A stretch of 64,000 nucleotides of DNA from an uncultured Actinomycetes bacterium (GTDB lineage Bacteria > Actinomycetota > Thermoleophilia > UBA2241): contig CAVWIH010000010.1 of NCBI GenBank assembly GCA_963755025.1, positions 1 to 64,000 on the forward strand. The letters run 5' to 3'. The position numbers were made by a program, and so were the translations under genes. Positions 41,768-51,553 of the stretch are shown here, piece by piece. The notes under the pieces were generated by a model. The model did not search any database and was not told where the DNA came from. It saw nothing but the letters and a program-made list of their open reading frames with translations. The stretch's first letter is position 1. Every line of letters begins with the position of its first letter.

Positions 41768-43010
41768 GTGCGCGATGTCAACGTCGGCCGCAAGTTCCTG
41801 GCCGAGTACCAGAGCATCATCTTCAGGGAGTCTGCTGAGCCGAGATCAAAGAGCTCGCCGCGCCGCTGCAGGGCAAGCGCGTCCTGCACGTCAACGCCAC
41901 CTCGTTCGGCGGGGGCGTGGCCGAGATCCTCTACACCCTGCTGCCGCTCATGAACGACGTCGGCCTGCAGGCCGAGTGGCAGGTCATGACGGCCGACAGC
42001 GAGTTCTTCAACGTCACGAAGAGCTTTCACAACGGCCTCCAGGGAGCGCCGGTCGAGCTCACCGACGAGGTGCGCGCGCATCTACGAAGACGTCAACCGG
42101 CGCAACGCCGCGCAGCTCACGGGCCACTACGACTTCGTCGTGATCCACGATCCGCAGCCCTGCGCCATGCGCGCCTGGGTGCCGGACGACGGCGCCGGCG
42201 ACGCACTGGATCTGGCGCTGCCACATCGACACCTCGACGCCCGACCGGGCGCTCTACGACTACCTGCTGCCGTTCATCCGCCGCTACGACCGGGCGATCT
42301 ACACGATGGCCTCGTACGCGCCCGACGGGCTCGGCGTGCCGCTCGAGGTCGTGCCGCCGCGCGATCGACCCGCTGGCCCCCAAGAACATGACGCTGGTGC
42401 CCGACGACGCCCACTACATCGTGCGGCAGTTCGGCATCGACGTCGACCGGCCGCTGCTCCTGCAGGTCTCGCGCTTCGACCCCTGGAAGGACCCGCTCGG
42501 CGTGGTCGACGCCTACCGTCAGGTCAAGTCGCGCTGGCCTTCGTGCAGCTCGCGCTGATCGGCTCGATGGCCTCCGACGACCCCGAGGGCTGGGACTACC
42601 TCGAGAAGCTCCACGACTACGTGGGCGGCGATCCCGACGTCTACGTGCTCTCCAACCTCGACAACATCGGCAGCGTCGAGGTCAACGCCTTCCAGTCGCA
42701 CGCCGCGGTCGTGTTGCAGAAGTCGACTCGCGAGGGCTTTGGCCTGACCGTGAGCGAGGGGCTCTGGAAGGCGCGCCCGGTGGTCGCCGGCGGCGTCGGT
42801 GGCATACCGCTGCAGATCGAAGACGGCGTCACGGGCTACCTGGTCGACTCGAGCGAGGCCTGCGCCGAGCGCTGCCTCGAGATCCTCGACCGGCCCGAGC
42901 CGGCCCACGCCATGGCCCGTCGCGGCAAAGAGCACGTGCGCGAGCACTTTCTCACGCCTCGCCTGCTGCGCGACTACCTGCGCATCTTCAACGACCTGCT
43001 GGCCGAATGA
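41768..43010 (+). CDS. treT: TreT-like trehalose glycosyltransferring synthase (GT4; frameshifted)
   Basis: HVNATSFGGGVAEIL, FFNVTKSFHNGLQG, IHDPQP, WRCHID, QVSRFDPWKDP, DDPEG and QKSTREGFGLTVSE. Confidence 0.85.
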
Positions 43011-43062
43011 CGCGTCGCGCTCCGGCCGCGCCGCCGGCCTGAACGATCGGCAAAGGGGGAGG

Positions 43063-44706
43063 GTGGTGACAAGCGCAGAGTCCACGCCCGGGCGCTCCGG
43101 GCCGCCCGCCGACGGCGAGTCGCCTGTCCGCCCGGAACCGTCTGCGGGCCCCGATCCGGCCGCCCGCCCAAAGCCTTCCGCGAGCTCCGAGCCGCCCCGC
43201 CCCGATCTCATCGTGGCGGCCAACCGTGGTCCCGTGTCGTTCCACAGCGACGCCGCCGGCGAGCCGGTCGTCACGCGCGGCGCCGGCGGCCTCGTGACCG
43301 TGCTCGGCGCCATGCTGCGGCGCCATCCGGGCGTGTGGATCGCGGCCGCGGCGAGCGACGAAGAAGAGGAGCTCGCCGCGGCCGCTCAGTCGCTGCGCGT
43401 CGACCTGGACGGCGAGACCTACCAGGTGCGGTACGTGGCCCCCGAGCGCGAGGCCTACAACCAGTACTACAACATCATCGCCAACCCCATGCTGTGGTTC
43501 ATCCAGCACTACCTGTGGGACCTCGCCCGCCACCCCGACGTGCGCCAGAACGAGATCGACGCCTGGCGCGACGGCTACCTCGTGGTCAACCGCCTGTTCG
43601 GCGAGGCCATCCTCGACGAGCTCGGCGACGACGGCGCCGGTCGCGTGGTGATCGTCCACGACTACCAGCTCTACGCGGTGGCGCCGGTGGTGCGCGCCGG
43701 CGCGCCGCGCGCCTTTCTGCAGCAGTTCGTGCACATCCCCTGGGCGCAGTCCGACTACTGGAAGGTGCTGCCGCGCGACATCCGCGAACAGATCTTTCGC
43801 AGCGTGCTGGCCAACGACGTGGTCGCCTTTCACACGCAGCACTACGTCGACAACTTCCTGCAGGGCTGCGTCGACGTGCTCGACGTCACGGTCGACACGG
43901 CCGAGAAGGCGGTGCTGATCGACGACCGCACGGTCTGGGTGCGCGCCTACCCCGTCTCGATCGACCCCGAGGTGCTCGAGCAGGCCGTGCGCTCGACGCG
44001 CGTGGCGCGCGCCGAGCGCCAGCTGCTCGAGCGGCGCCGCAAGTACCTGCTGGTGCGCGTCGACCGGCTCGACCTGTCGAAGAACATCCTGCGCGGCTTT
44101 CTGGCCTTCGACCGCTTTCTCGAGCTGCACCCCGAGTTCAAGGGTCAGATCACGTTCCTGGCGCGCCTGCAGCCGTCGCGCGAAGACGTCGAGGAGTTCG
44201 TCGCCTATCGCGACCGCGTCATGCGCCTGGTGGCCGAGATCAACACGCGCCACGGCAACACCGACTGGATGCCGATCGACGTGCGCCTCGAAGACAACTT
44301 CGCGGCCACCCTCGCCGCCTACCGCCACTACGACGCGCTCATGGTCAACGCCATCTTCGACGGCATGAACCTGGTGGCCAAGGAGGGCGCCCTCGTCAAC
44401 ACCATGAACGGCGTGCTGATCCTCTCCGAGAACACCGGCGCCTTCGAGGAGATCGGCGCGCTCACGGTGGCGGTCAACCCGTTCGACATCGAAGACCAGG
44501 CGCAGGCCATCTACCGGGCGCTCACCATGCCCGAAGCCGAGAAGGCGGCGCGCGCCAAGGCCATCCGCGGCGTGGTCCTGGGCAACAGCGTCGAGAAGTG
44601 GGTGGCGGCGCAGTGGCGCGACATCGCGCGCAAGCGCGCCCTCGAGGGGCTAGAGGGTGGGCGTCACGACAGCGCGGGCCGCGCGTCGCGCACGAGCTCG
44701 CGGTAG
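43063..44706 (+). CDS. otsA: Trehalose-6-phosphate synthase (GT20)
   Basis: ANRGP, GGLV, HDYQL, HIPW, VDRLDLSKNI.RG and DGMNLVAKE. Confidence 0.9.
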   Translation: MVTSAESTPGRSGPPADGESPVRPEPSAGPDPAARPKPSASSEPPRPDLIVAANRGPVSFHSDAAGEPVVTRGAGGLVTVLGAMLRRHPGVWIAAAASDEEEELAAAAQSLRVDLDGETYQVRYVAPEREAYNQYYNIIANPMLWFIQHYLWDLARHPDVRQNEIDAWRDGYLVVNRLFGEAILDELGDDGAGRVVIVHDYQLYAVAPVVRAGAPRAFLQQFVHIPWAQSDYWKVLPRDIREQIFRSVLANDVVAFHTQHYVDNFLQGCVDVLDVTVDTAEKAVLIDDRTVWVRAYPVSIDPEVLEQAVRSTRVARAERQLLERRRKYLLVRVDRLDLSKNILRGFLAFDRFLELHPEFKGQITFLARLQPSREDVEEFVAYRDRVMRLVAEINTRHGNTDWMPIDVRLEDNFAATLAAYRHYDALMVNAIFDGMNLVAKEGALVNTMNGVLILSENTGAFEEIGALTVAVNPFDIEDQAQAIYRALTMPEAEKAARAKAIRGVVLGNSVEKWVAAQWRDIARKRALEGLEGGRHDSAGRASRTSSR

Positions 44707-45725
44707 AGCGCCTCGTAGCCCGAGGTCATCGCCGCCACGCTGAAGCGCCGCTCGACGGTCGCGCGGCAGACGTGCGGGTCGATCTCGTCGAGCCGGCCGA
44801 CGGCGGTCACCATCTGGTCGACGTCGTCGCAGATGAAGCCCGTGACGCCGTCGTCGATGACCTCGTCGACCGAGCCGTTGCGCAGGGCGATCACCGGCGT
44901 GCCGGTGGCCAGCGCCTCGACCATCACCAGGCCGAACGGCTCGGGCCACTGGATGGGAAAGAGAAAGCCCTTGGCGTGCGCGAACAGCTCGTGCTTGCGC
45001 TCGTCTGAGACCTCGTCTTCGAAGACGATGCGCTCGCCGTCGACCTGGGGCTTGATGCGCTGCTCGTAGTAGTCGCGGTACCAGTCCTGCACGACGCCGG
45101 CCATGATGAGCCGGTGGCCGGTACGCCGCGCGACGTCGATGGCCAGGTGGAAGCCCTTGTCGTCGCACACGCGGCCGAAGGCCAGCAGGTAGTCGTCTTT
45201 GTCGGTGACCAGCGGCCAGCCCGCGATCGGCAGGGCGTTGTGCACCGTGCCCGCCCAGCTCATGCCGGGGGGCGCGAGGCTGCGCTGAAAGTCGCTGATC
45301 GAGGCGTAGGCGACGTCGTCGCGGAACTGCTCGTAGAACGGGTAGGCGTGGGCGTCGAAGGCGCAGTGCACCGTGTGCAACACGGGCGGCAGGTCGAGGA
45401 AGCGGCTGAAAGCGACCAGCAGAAAGCCGGAGTGGTCGTGCACGACGTCGAAGTCGCCGTCGTCGAGGATCTGCTCGACGGCGAAGCTCACGTGGCGCGC
45501 GTCGTAGGTCGTCATGGCCGAAGGCAGCGCCATCATGGCGGTCTGGGGCTCGGGGAACAGGGCGCGCAGCTCGGCCGGCGTGCGCGAGTCGCCCGACGCG
45601 AACAGCACGACCTCGTGCCCGGCGGCGGTCAGGCCATCGCACAGGTGCTTGACCACCCACTCCGTGCCACCGTAGCCGGCGGGCGGCACGGTGATCCAGG
45701 GAGGAGCTATCTGGGCGATCTTCAT
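44664..45725 (-). CDS. GT4 family glycosyltransferase
   Basis: MKIAQIAPPWITVPPAGYGGTE and EPFGLVMVEALATGTPVI. Confidence 0.92.
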   Translation of the reverse strand: MKIAQIAPPWITVPPAGYGGTEWVVKHLCDGLTAAGHEVVLFASGDSRTPAELRALFPEPQTAMMALPSAMTTYDARHVSFAVEQILDDGDFDVVHDHSGFLLVAFSRFLDLPPVLHTVHCAFDAHAYPFYEQFRDDVAYASISDFQRSLAPPGMSWAGTVHNALPIAGWPLVTDKDDYLLAFGRVCDDKGFHLAIDVARRTGHRLIMAGVVQDWYRDYYEQRIKPQVDGERIVFEDEVSDERKHELFAHAKGFLFPIQWPEPFGLVMVEALATGTPVIALRNGSVDEVIDDGVTGFICDDVDQMVTAVGRLDEIDPHVCRATVERRFSVAAMTSGYEALYRELVRDARPALS

Positions 45726-45826
45726 GAAGGGATTGTATCCACAAGAACGGACCTGCCACGCCTCGCGCACCGCGATGCTAGGATGCGGCTTTGTCGGAAC
45801 GACCGGTGAACGAGCGAAAGGCCCGC

Positions 45827-47060
45827 ATGTCAGCCCAGCGACCCTTGCTCTACCTGCAGTGCCAAAGCGGGGCGAGCGGCGACATGCTGGTCGGCGCGCT
45901 GCTCGGCCTCTTCGCCCCCGAGAGCGCTCCCGCGGCGCTCGCTCGGGTCGTGGCGCCGGCGCTCGCGGCGGCCGGCATCGACCCGGCGGTCGCCCATGTG
46001 GCGAGCGGCGTGAGCGGCGGCCTCGCGGCGCAGCGTTTCACGGTCGACGATCTGCCCGGCTTCGCCACGTTCGCCGCGCTCGACGCCGCGCTGCGACGTT
46101 CGACCCTCGACCGGGCCCTGGCCGACGGCGTCGCCGCGGTGGCCGCGCGCATGGCCGCCGCCGAACGCGCCGTGCACGGCGCTGCCGGGGGCGAGCACCT
46201 CCACGAGCTCGCCGGCCTCGACACCGCCGTCGACCTCATCAGCGTGCTGGCCCTGGTCGCCGCGCTCGATCCCGCGCGTATCGTCGCCTCGCCGCCGGTG
46301 CTGGGCGGCGGTACCGTCATCACGGCCCATGGCGAGCTGCCCGTGCCGACCCCGGCCGTCCTTGAGCTGCTGCGCGGCCTGCCGACCGGCGGCGCCGGCC
46401 CGGCCGGCGAAGCCGCCGAGCTGACCACGCCCACCGGCGCCGCGCTGCTCGCCCACCTGGCCGACGAGTTCGGGGCGCTGCCGCCGGGCCGCCTGTGCGG
46501 TTCGGGCCTGGGCGCCGGGCAGCGCGAGCTGGCCGGACGGGCCAACGTGCTGCGCGCCCTGCTCATCGCGCCTCTCGACCGCGCTCCGGGCGGCGAGGGC
46601 GGCCCGTGGGCCGAAGACGACGCCGAGCTGCTCGAGACGACCATCGACGACCTGCCCGCCGAGCTGCTCGCCGAGGCCGCCGCGCGGCTGCTCGCCGCCG
46701 GCGCGCTCGACGTCTGGGCGACGCCGGCGACCATGAAGAAGAGCCGTGCCGGCGATGGTGCTGCACGTGCTGGCGCGGCCCGCGCAGCGGGCCGCGCTCG
46801 CCGAGATCGCCTTCGCCGAGACCTCGACCTTCGGCCTGCGCGTGACCGCCGTGCGCCGCCTGCTGCTCGACGAGCGCCGCGTCACGGTCACCGTGGCCGG
46901 CGAGGCGGTGCGCGTGCGCCTCGGGTACCTGGGCGAGCGGCTCGTCACCGCCTCGCCCGAGTACGAGGACTGCCGGCGCGCGGCCGAGCGGGCGGGGCGG
47001 CCGGCCAAGGATCTCTACGACGAGGCGCGCGCCGCCGCGCGGGGGCTCGGCGGCGCGTGA
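45827..47060 (+). CDS. larC: LarC-family nickel-pincer cofactor insertase (frameshift near 46745)
   Basis: SGASGDM, HLHELAGLD, HGELPVPTPA, ELTTPTGAA, LETTIDD, MKKSR, ETSTFGLR and PEYED. Confidence 0.85.
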
Positions 47061-47082
47061 GCGACGCCGCGCGCGACACGGT

Positions 47083-47121
47083 TTGACCCCTTAATTTGGG
47101 GCCTTGTAGTATCTGTCACAA
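47083..47121 (+). promoter_or_regulatory. fhs operon promoter with overlapping candidate Rex box
   Basis: TTGACC-N18-TAGTAT. TTGTAGT-ATCT-GTCACAA (47104-47121) versus the Rex consensus TTGTGAA-N4-TTCACAA. Confidence 0.5.
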
Positions 47122-47234
47122 GAAGACGACCGCGACGCGGGTCTTCCGGCCTCACATCCCGGACGCGTGAAACAGTGGATCTACAGAGGAGGGCGCGTTG
47201 AGTTCTGCCGCATAAGCCTGTCCGTCTATCTCCG

Positions 47235-48917
47235 GTGCCGCGAGACATCGAGATCGCTCAGGCGGCGACCATGAAGCCGATCACCGAGATCGCGGCCAAG
47301 GCCGGCATCCTCGAAGAGGAGCTCGAGCTGTACGGCCGCTACAAGGCCAAGATCGACTACATGGCCCTGCTGAAGCGCTTGAAAGATGTGCCCGACGGCA
47401 AGATCATCGACGTCACGGCCATCACCCCGACGCCGCTCGGCGAGGGCAAGACCGTCACCGCCGTGGGTCTCTCCGAGTCCATGAACGCGATCGGCATCAA
47501 GACCATGCTCGCCCTGCGCGAGCCGTCGCTCGGGCCGGTCTTCGGCATCAAGGGCGGCGCGGCGGGCGGCGGCTACTCGCAGCTCATCCCCATGGAAGAC
47601 CTGAACCTGCACTTCACCGGCGACATCCACGCCGTGGGCACCGCCAACAACCTGCTGGCCGCCATGATCGACAGCCACCTCATGCACGGCAACGAGCTCG
47701 ACATCGACCCGCTGACCATCTCCTGGCGGCGCGTCGTCGACCTGAACGACCGCGCCATGCGCGAGATCGTCAACGGCCTCGGCGGCCGCCTGAACGGCGT
47801 CCCCCGCCAGACCGGCTACGACATCACGGTGGCCTCCGAGGTCATGGCCATCCTCGGCCTCGCCACCTCGCTCAAAGACCTGCGCGCGCGCCTGGGCCGC
47901 ATCACCTTCGCCTACAACAAGTCGGGCAACCCGCTGACCGCCGACGACATCGGCGCCGGCGGCGCCATGACGGTGCTGCTCAAAGACGCCATCAAGCCGA
48001 ACCTCATGCAGACCCTCGAGGGCAACGCCGCCCTCATCCACGCCGGCCCCTTCGCCAACATCGCCCAGGGCAACAACTCGATCATCGCCGACCAGGTCGC
48101 CATGAAGCTGGCCGACTACCTGGTCACCGAGAGCGGCTTCGCCGCCGACCTCGGCGCCGAGAAGTTCATGGACATCATCTGCCGCTACGGCGGCTTTGCC
48201 CCGAGCGCCGTGGTCATCACCTGCACCATGCGCGCCCTCAAGATGCACGGCGGCCTGCCCATGGATCCCGAGGGCCTCAAGGCCGAGAACAACGCCGCCC
48301 TCGAAAAGGGCTGCGAGAACCTCGTCAAGCAGATCGAGAACATGAAGCTCTTCGGCCTGCCCGTCGTGGTCACCATCAACCGCTTCGCCTTCGACCGCCC
48401 CAGCGAGATCGAGATCGTGCGCAAGGCGGCCGTGGCGGCCGGCGCCGAAGACGCCGTGCCGATCAACGTGCACGCCATGGGCGGCGACGGTGGCCAGGAG
48501 GCGGCCGAGGTCGTCAAGGCGGCCGCCGACAAGGGCGGCAAGTTCGAGTTTCTCTACTCGCTCGACGCCTCGATCAAAGAGAAGATCGAGACCATCGCCA
48601 CCAAGATCTACGGCGCCGATGGGGTCGACTACCTGCCCGAAGCCGAGGCCAAGATCAAGCTCTTCACCGAGCAGGGCCTCGACAAGCTGCCGCTCTGCAT
48701 GGCCAAGACGCATCTGTCGCTCTCGCACGACCCGGCGCTCAAGGGCCGCCCGCGCGGCTTCCGCGTGCCGATCCGCGACATCCGCCCGGCGACCGGCGCG
48801 GGTTACCTCTACCCGCTGCTCGGCGAGATGCGCACCATGCCCGGCCTGGCCAAGCGCCCGGCCGCGGTCGACGTCGACATCGATACCGAGACCGGCCGTA
48901 TCAAGGGCCTGTTCTAG
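47235..48917 (+). CDS. fhs: Formate--tetrahydrofolate ligase
   Basis: DIEIAQ, TPTPLGEGKT, REPSLGPVFGIKGGAAGGGY, GPFANIA, MAKT and TMPGL. The true start is probably TTG at 47198 (GAGGAGG RBS) with a 1-nt indel. Confidence 0.97.
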   Translation: MPRDIEIAQAATMKPITEIAAKAGILEEELELYGRYKAKIDYMALLKRLKDVPDGKIIDVTAITPTPLGEGKTVTAVGLSESMNAIGIKTMLALREPSLGPVFGIKGGAAGGGYSQLIPMEDLNLHFTGDIHAVGTANNLLAAMIDSHLMHGNELDIDPLTISWRRVVDLNDRAMREIVNGLGGRLNGVPRQTGYDITVASEVMAILGLATSLKDLRARLGRITFAYNKSGNPLTADDIGAGGAMTVLLKDAIKPNLMQTLEGNAALIHAGPFANIAQGNNSIIADQVAMKLADYLVTESGFAADLGAEKFMDIICRYGGFAPSAVVITCTMRALKMHGGLPMDPEGLKAENNAALEKGCENLVKQIENMKLFGLPVVVTINRFAFDRPSEIEIVRKAAVAAGAEDAVPINVHAMGGDGGQEAAEVVKAAADKGGKFEFLYSLDASIKEKIETIATKIYGADGVDYLPEAEAKIKLFTEQGLDKLPLCMAKTHLSLSHDPALKGRPRGFRVPIRDIRPATGAGYLYPLLGEMRTMPGLAKRPAAVDVDIDTETGRIKGLF

Positions 48918-49102
48918 AGACCACTCAAAAACAGGGACAACGGTAGCGAGCGATACCGACCGCGGGGCGGCGGCGCCACAGGCGCCGCCGCCCCGCGCCG
49001 CGAGCGGCCCCCACAACGGGCCGCCCGCGACGCCGGCCTCCGGCCGGCCGGCCCATCCGCCTCTCCTGCCCTGCTTTTGAGCGAAGCGATCGGAGGAACG
49101 CG

Positions 49103-49744
49103 TTGAGCGACGAGGCCACCATCTACCGCGACGAACCACTGCGGGTCTACCTCGACGACGCCGCGTCGGGCAAGCCCGCGCCCGGCGGCGGCAGCGTGTC
49201 GGCCTGCGCCGGCGCCCTGGGCGCCGGCCTGGTGTCGATGGTCTGCAACCTGACGATCGGCAAAGAGAAGTTCGCCGGCGTCGAGGAGGCCCTCACCGAC
49301 GTCGTCGCGCGCTCCGAGGCCCTGCGCGCCCGGCTCGAGGAGCTGCTGCAGGAAGACACCACCGCCTACAACGCCGTGCTCGTGGGCTATCGCCTGCCCA
49401 AGGACTCGCCCGAGCAGCAGGCCGCCCGCACCGCCCACATCCAGGCGGCGCTCAAGGTGGCCGCCAACGTGCCGCTCGAGATCGCCCGCGTGGCGCTCGA
49501 CGTCTGCCGCCTGGCCAGGACGGCGGCCGACCTCGGTAACCCGGCCGCCGTGACCGACGCCGCCATCGGCGCCATCCTGGGCGAAGGCGCGGCCCAGGGC
49601 GCCGCCCTGAACGTGCTCATCAACCTGGGCACGATCAAAGACGTCACCTACGTGGCCGCCTGTCGCGCCGAGCTCGACGGCCTTCTCGCCGAAGCAGTCG
49701 ACCTGCGCACCGAGGTCATGGCGATCACGCACACGAAGCTGTAG
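49103..49744 (+). CDS. fchA: Methenyl-THF cyclohydrolase / formiminotetrahydrofolate cyclodeaminase family
   Basis: PAPGGGS, MVCNLT, D..AY, VPL, GNP.A.TDA and NVLINL. Lies between fhs and folD. Confidence 0.9.
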   Translation: MSDEATIYRDEPLRVYLDDAASGKPAPGGGSVSACAGALGAGLVSMVCNLTIGKEKFAGVEEALTDVVARSEALRARLEELLQEDTTAYNAVLVGYRLPKDSPEQQAARTAHIQAALKVAANVPLEIARVALDVCRLARTAADLGNPAAVTDAAIGAILGEGAAQGAALNVLINLGTIKDVTYVAACRAELDGLLAEAVDLRTEVMAITHTKL

Positions 49745-49798
49745 GGGCCGCGCGGCGGCCCGCCGCGCGCAAGGCAAGCGACAAAGGACTGGACTGAC

Positions 49799-50653
49799 AT
49801 GACAGCGCAGATCATCGACGGCAAGGCGATCGCCGAGCAGGTGCGCGCCGAGATCGTCGCCGAGGTCGGCAAGCTCGCCGCGCGCGGCGTCAAGCCGGGC
49901 GTGGCGACCATCCTCGTGGGCGACGACGGCGGCGCGCAGTTCTACCGCGGCCAGATCGAGAAGAACACCGGCACAGTGGGCTTCAACTACTTCAACCACA
50001 CCCTGCCGGCCGGCACGAGCCAGGCCGAGGTGCTCGAGCTCATCGCCACGCTCAACGCCGACGCCGCCGTGCACGGCATCCTTGCCCTCATGCCCATGGC
50101 CGGCGGCATCGACCAGAACGCCGTGTTCAACGCCATCGCGCCGATCAAGGACCTCGACTGCGTGAACCCGGCCAACGTGGGCCACGTGCTGCTCGGCGAC
50201 TTTCTGTTCGCGCCGGCGACGCCGTCGGCGTGCATCGAGATCCTCGACCGCGAGGGCATCGAGCTGCAGGGCCTCGACGTGACGATCGTCAACCACTCCA
50301 ACATCGTCGGCAAGCCGGCCGCGCTGCTCTGCCTCAACCGCAACGCCTCGGTGCACGTGGTGCACGTCTTCAGCAAAGACGTGCCGGCCGCCTGCCGCGA
50401 GGCCGACGTGCTGATCTGCGCGGCGCCCGTGCAGAACCTGATCAAGCGCGACATGGTCAAGCCGGGAGCGGTCGTGGTCGACGTCACCACCATCCGCCAC
50501 GAGGGCAAGCAGGTCGGCAGCCTCGAGTTCGAGGGCGTCTGCGAGGTCGCCTCGAAGGTCACCCCGGTGCCCGGCGGCGTGGGCCCCGTGACCAACGTCA
50601 TCCTGCTCAAGAACGCCCTCGTGGCCTGCAAGGCCCAGAGCGGCGTCGCCTGA
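49799..50653 (+). CDS. folD: Methylene-THF dehydrogenase (FolD family, probably monofunctional)
   Basis: IIDGK, KDLD, PATP, SNIVGKP and TPVPGGVGP.T. Confidence 0.92.
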   Translation: MTAQIIDGKAIAEQVRAEIVAEVGKLAARGVKPGVATILVGDDGGAQFYRGQIEKNTGTVGFNYFNHTLPAGTSQAEVLELIATLNADAAVHGILALMPMAGGIDQNAVFNAIAPIKDLDCVNPANVGHVLLGDFLFAPATPSACIEILDREGIELQGLDVTIVNHSNIVGKPAALLCLNRNASVHVVHVFSKDVPAACREADVLICAAPVQNLIKRDMVKPGAVVVDVTTIRHEGKQVGSLEFEGVCEVASKVTPVPGGVGPVTNVILLKNALVACKAQSGVA

Positions 50654-50926
50654 CGCTCCGCGCGAGCACCGCGGCCGCGTGCGCGGCCCCTCGGCCGCGG
50701 CCATGCGCCGCGGGCCGTGCGGTCCACCTCTGGTCGCCCGAGCTCCCGCTCGACGCGAGCGCCGTGGTTGCGCGACTCGCCGCCGAGGCGCGACAATGGG
50801 GCGACCGGCGACTTGCGTCGCGACCGCGCGCCAAGGCGCGGCCGGCGGCGCGCGCCGAAGCGCAGCCGACGTTGATGATGGAACGCCCCCCACGGGCCGT
50901 TCGTGGTGACGAAGCGGAGTGATGCG

Positions 50927-51553
50927 ATGCCCAGGCGCGAGACAGAATCTCAGGCACACACCGGCACGGCCGTCCCCGCGCTCGACCTGACCGAGGTCGG
51001 TCGCGTGGTCGACGAGATCGACCCGCACGGCAACCTCATCGCCGTGCTGCAGCACGTGCAGGCCCACTACGGGTACCTGCCCGAGCCGGTGATCAACGAG
51101 ATCGCCCGGCTGTCGGGCGTGCCGGCCTCGCGCATCTACGGCATCGTCACCTTCTACGCCCAGTTCTCGACCGAGCCCAGCGGGCGCCACAAGGTCTTCG
51201 TGTGCCACGGCACCGCCTGCCACGTGGCCGGCGCGCCGCGCATCACCGAGGCCATCGAGCAGGAGCTCGGCGTGGCCGACGGCGGCACCACGCCCGACAT
51301 GAGCTTCACGCTCGACTCGGTGGCCTGCATGGGCGCCTGCTCGCAGGCGCCGGTCATGCGCATCGACGCCGACACGTTCGGCAACCTGACGCCCGACTCC
51401 ACCCGCAAGTACATCCTCGGCGTGCTCGACGAGCTCGGCCTGAGCGCCGCCGACCTGGCGGGCGGCGCGGCCGCCCCCGAGGACGCCGCCCAGGCGGCTC
51501 CCGACACCGCGGCCCGCACGGCAAGCGACGCAAGCGAAGGACGGCGGCCATGA
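50927..51553 (+). CDS. NuoE/HydC-like [2Fe-2S] subunit
   Basis: YGYLP, YGIVTFY, CHGTAC and ACMGACSQAP. Confidence 0.92.
   Translation: MPRRETESQAHTGTAVPALDLTEVGRVVDEIDPHGNLIAVLQHVQAHYGYLPEPVINEIARLSGVPASRIYGIVTFYAQFSTEPSGRHKVFVCHGTACHVAGAPRITEAIEQELGVADGGTTPDMSFTLDSVACMGACSQAPVMRIDADTFGNLTPDSTRKYILGVLDELGLSAADLAGGAAAPEDAAQAAPDTAARTASDASEGRRP

Noticed and set aside
39100-45725. Integrated element at tRNA-Gly
   Set aside because: No integrase, no duplicated tRNA 3' end and no compositional shift.
46730-46760. Programmed ribosomal frameshift as in Lactobacillus larC1/larC2
   Set aside because: The shift falls inside the conserved MKKxRP motif with no slippery run; one extra base explains it.
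47125-47234. ZTP or THF riboswitch upstream of fhs
   Set aside because: The leader is short and I could not find the conserved cores; part of it is probably the true fhs N-terminus.
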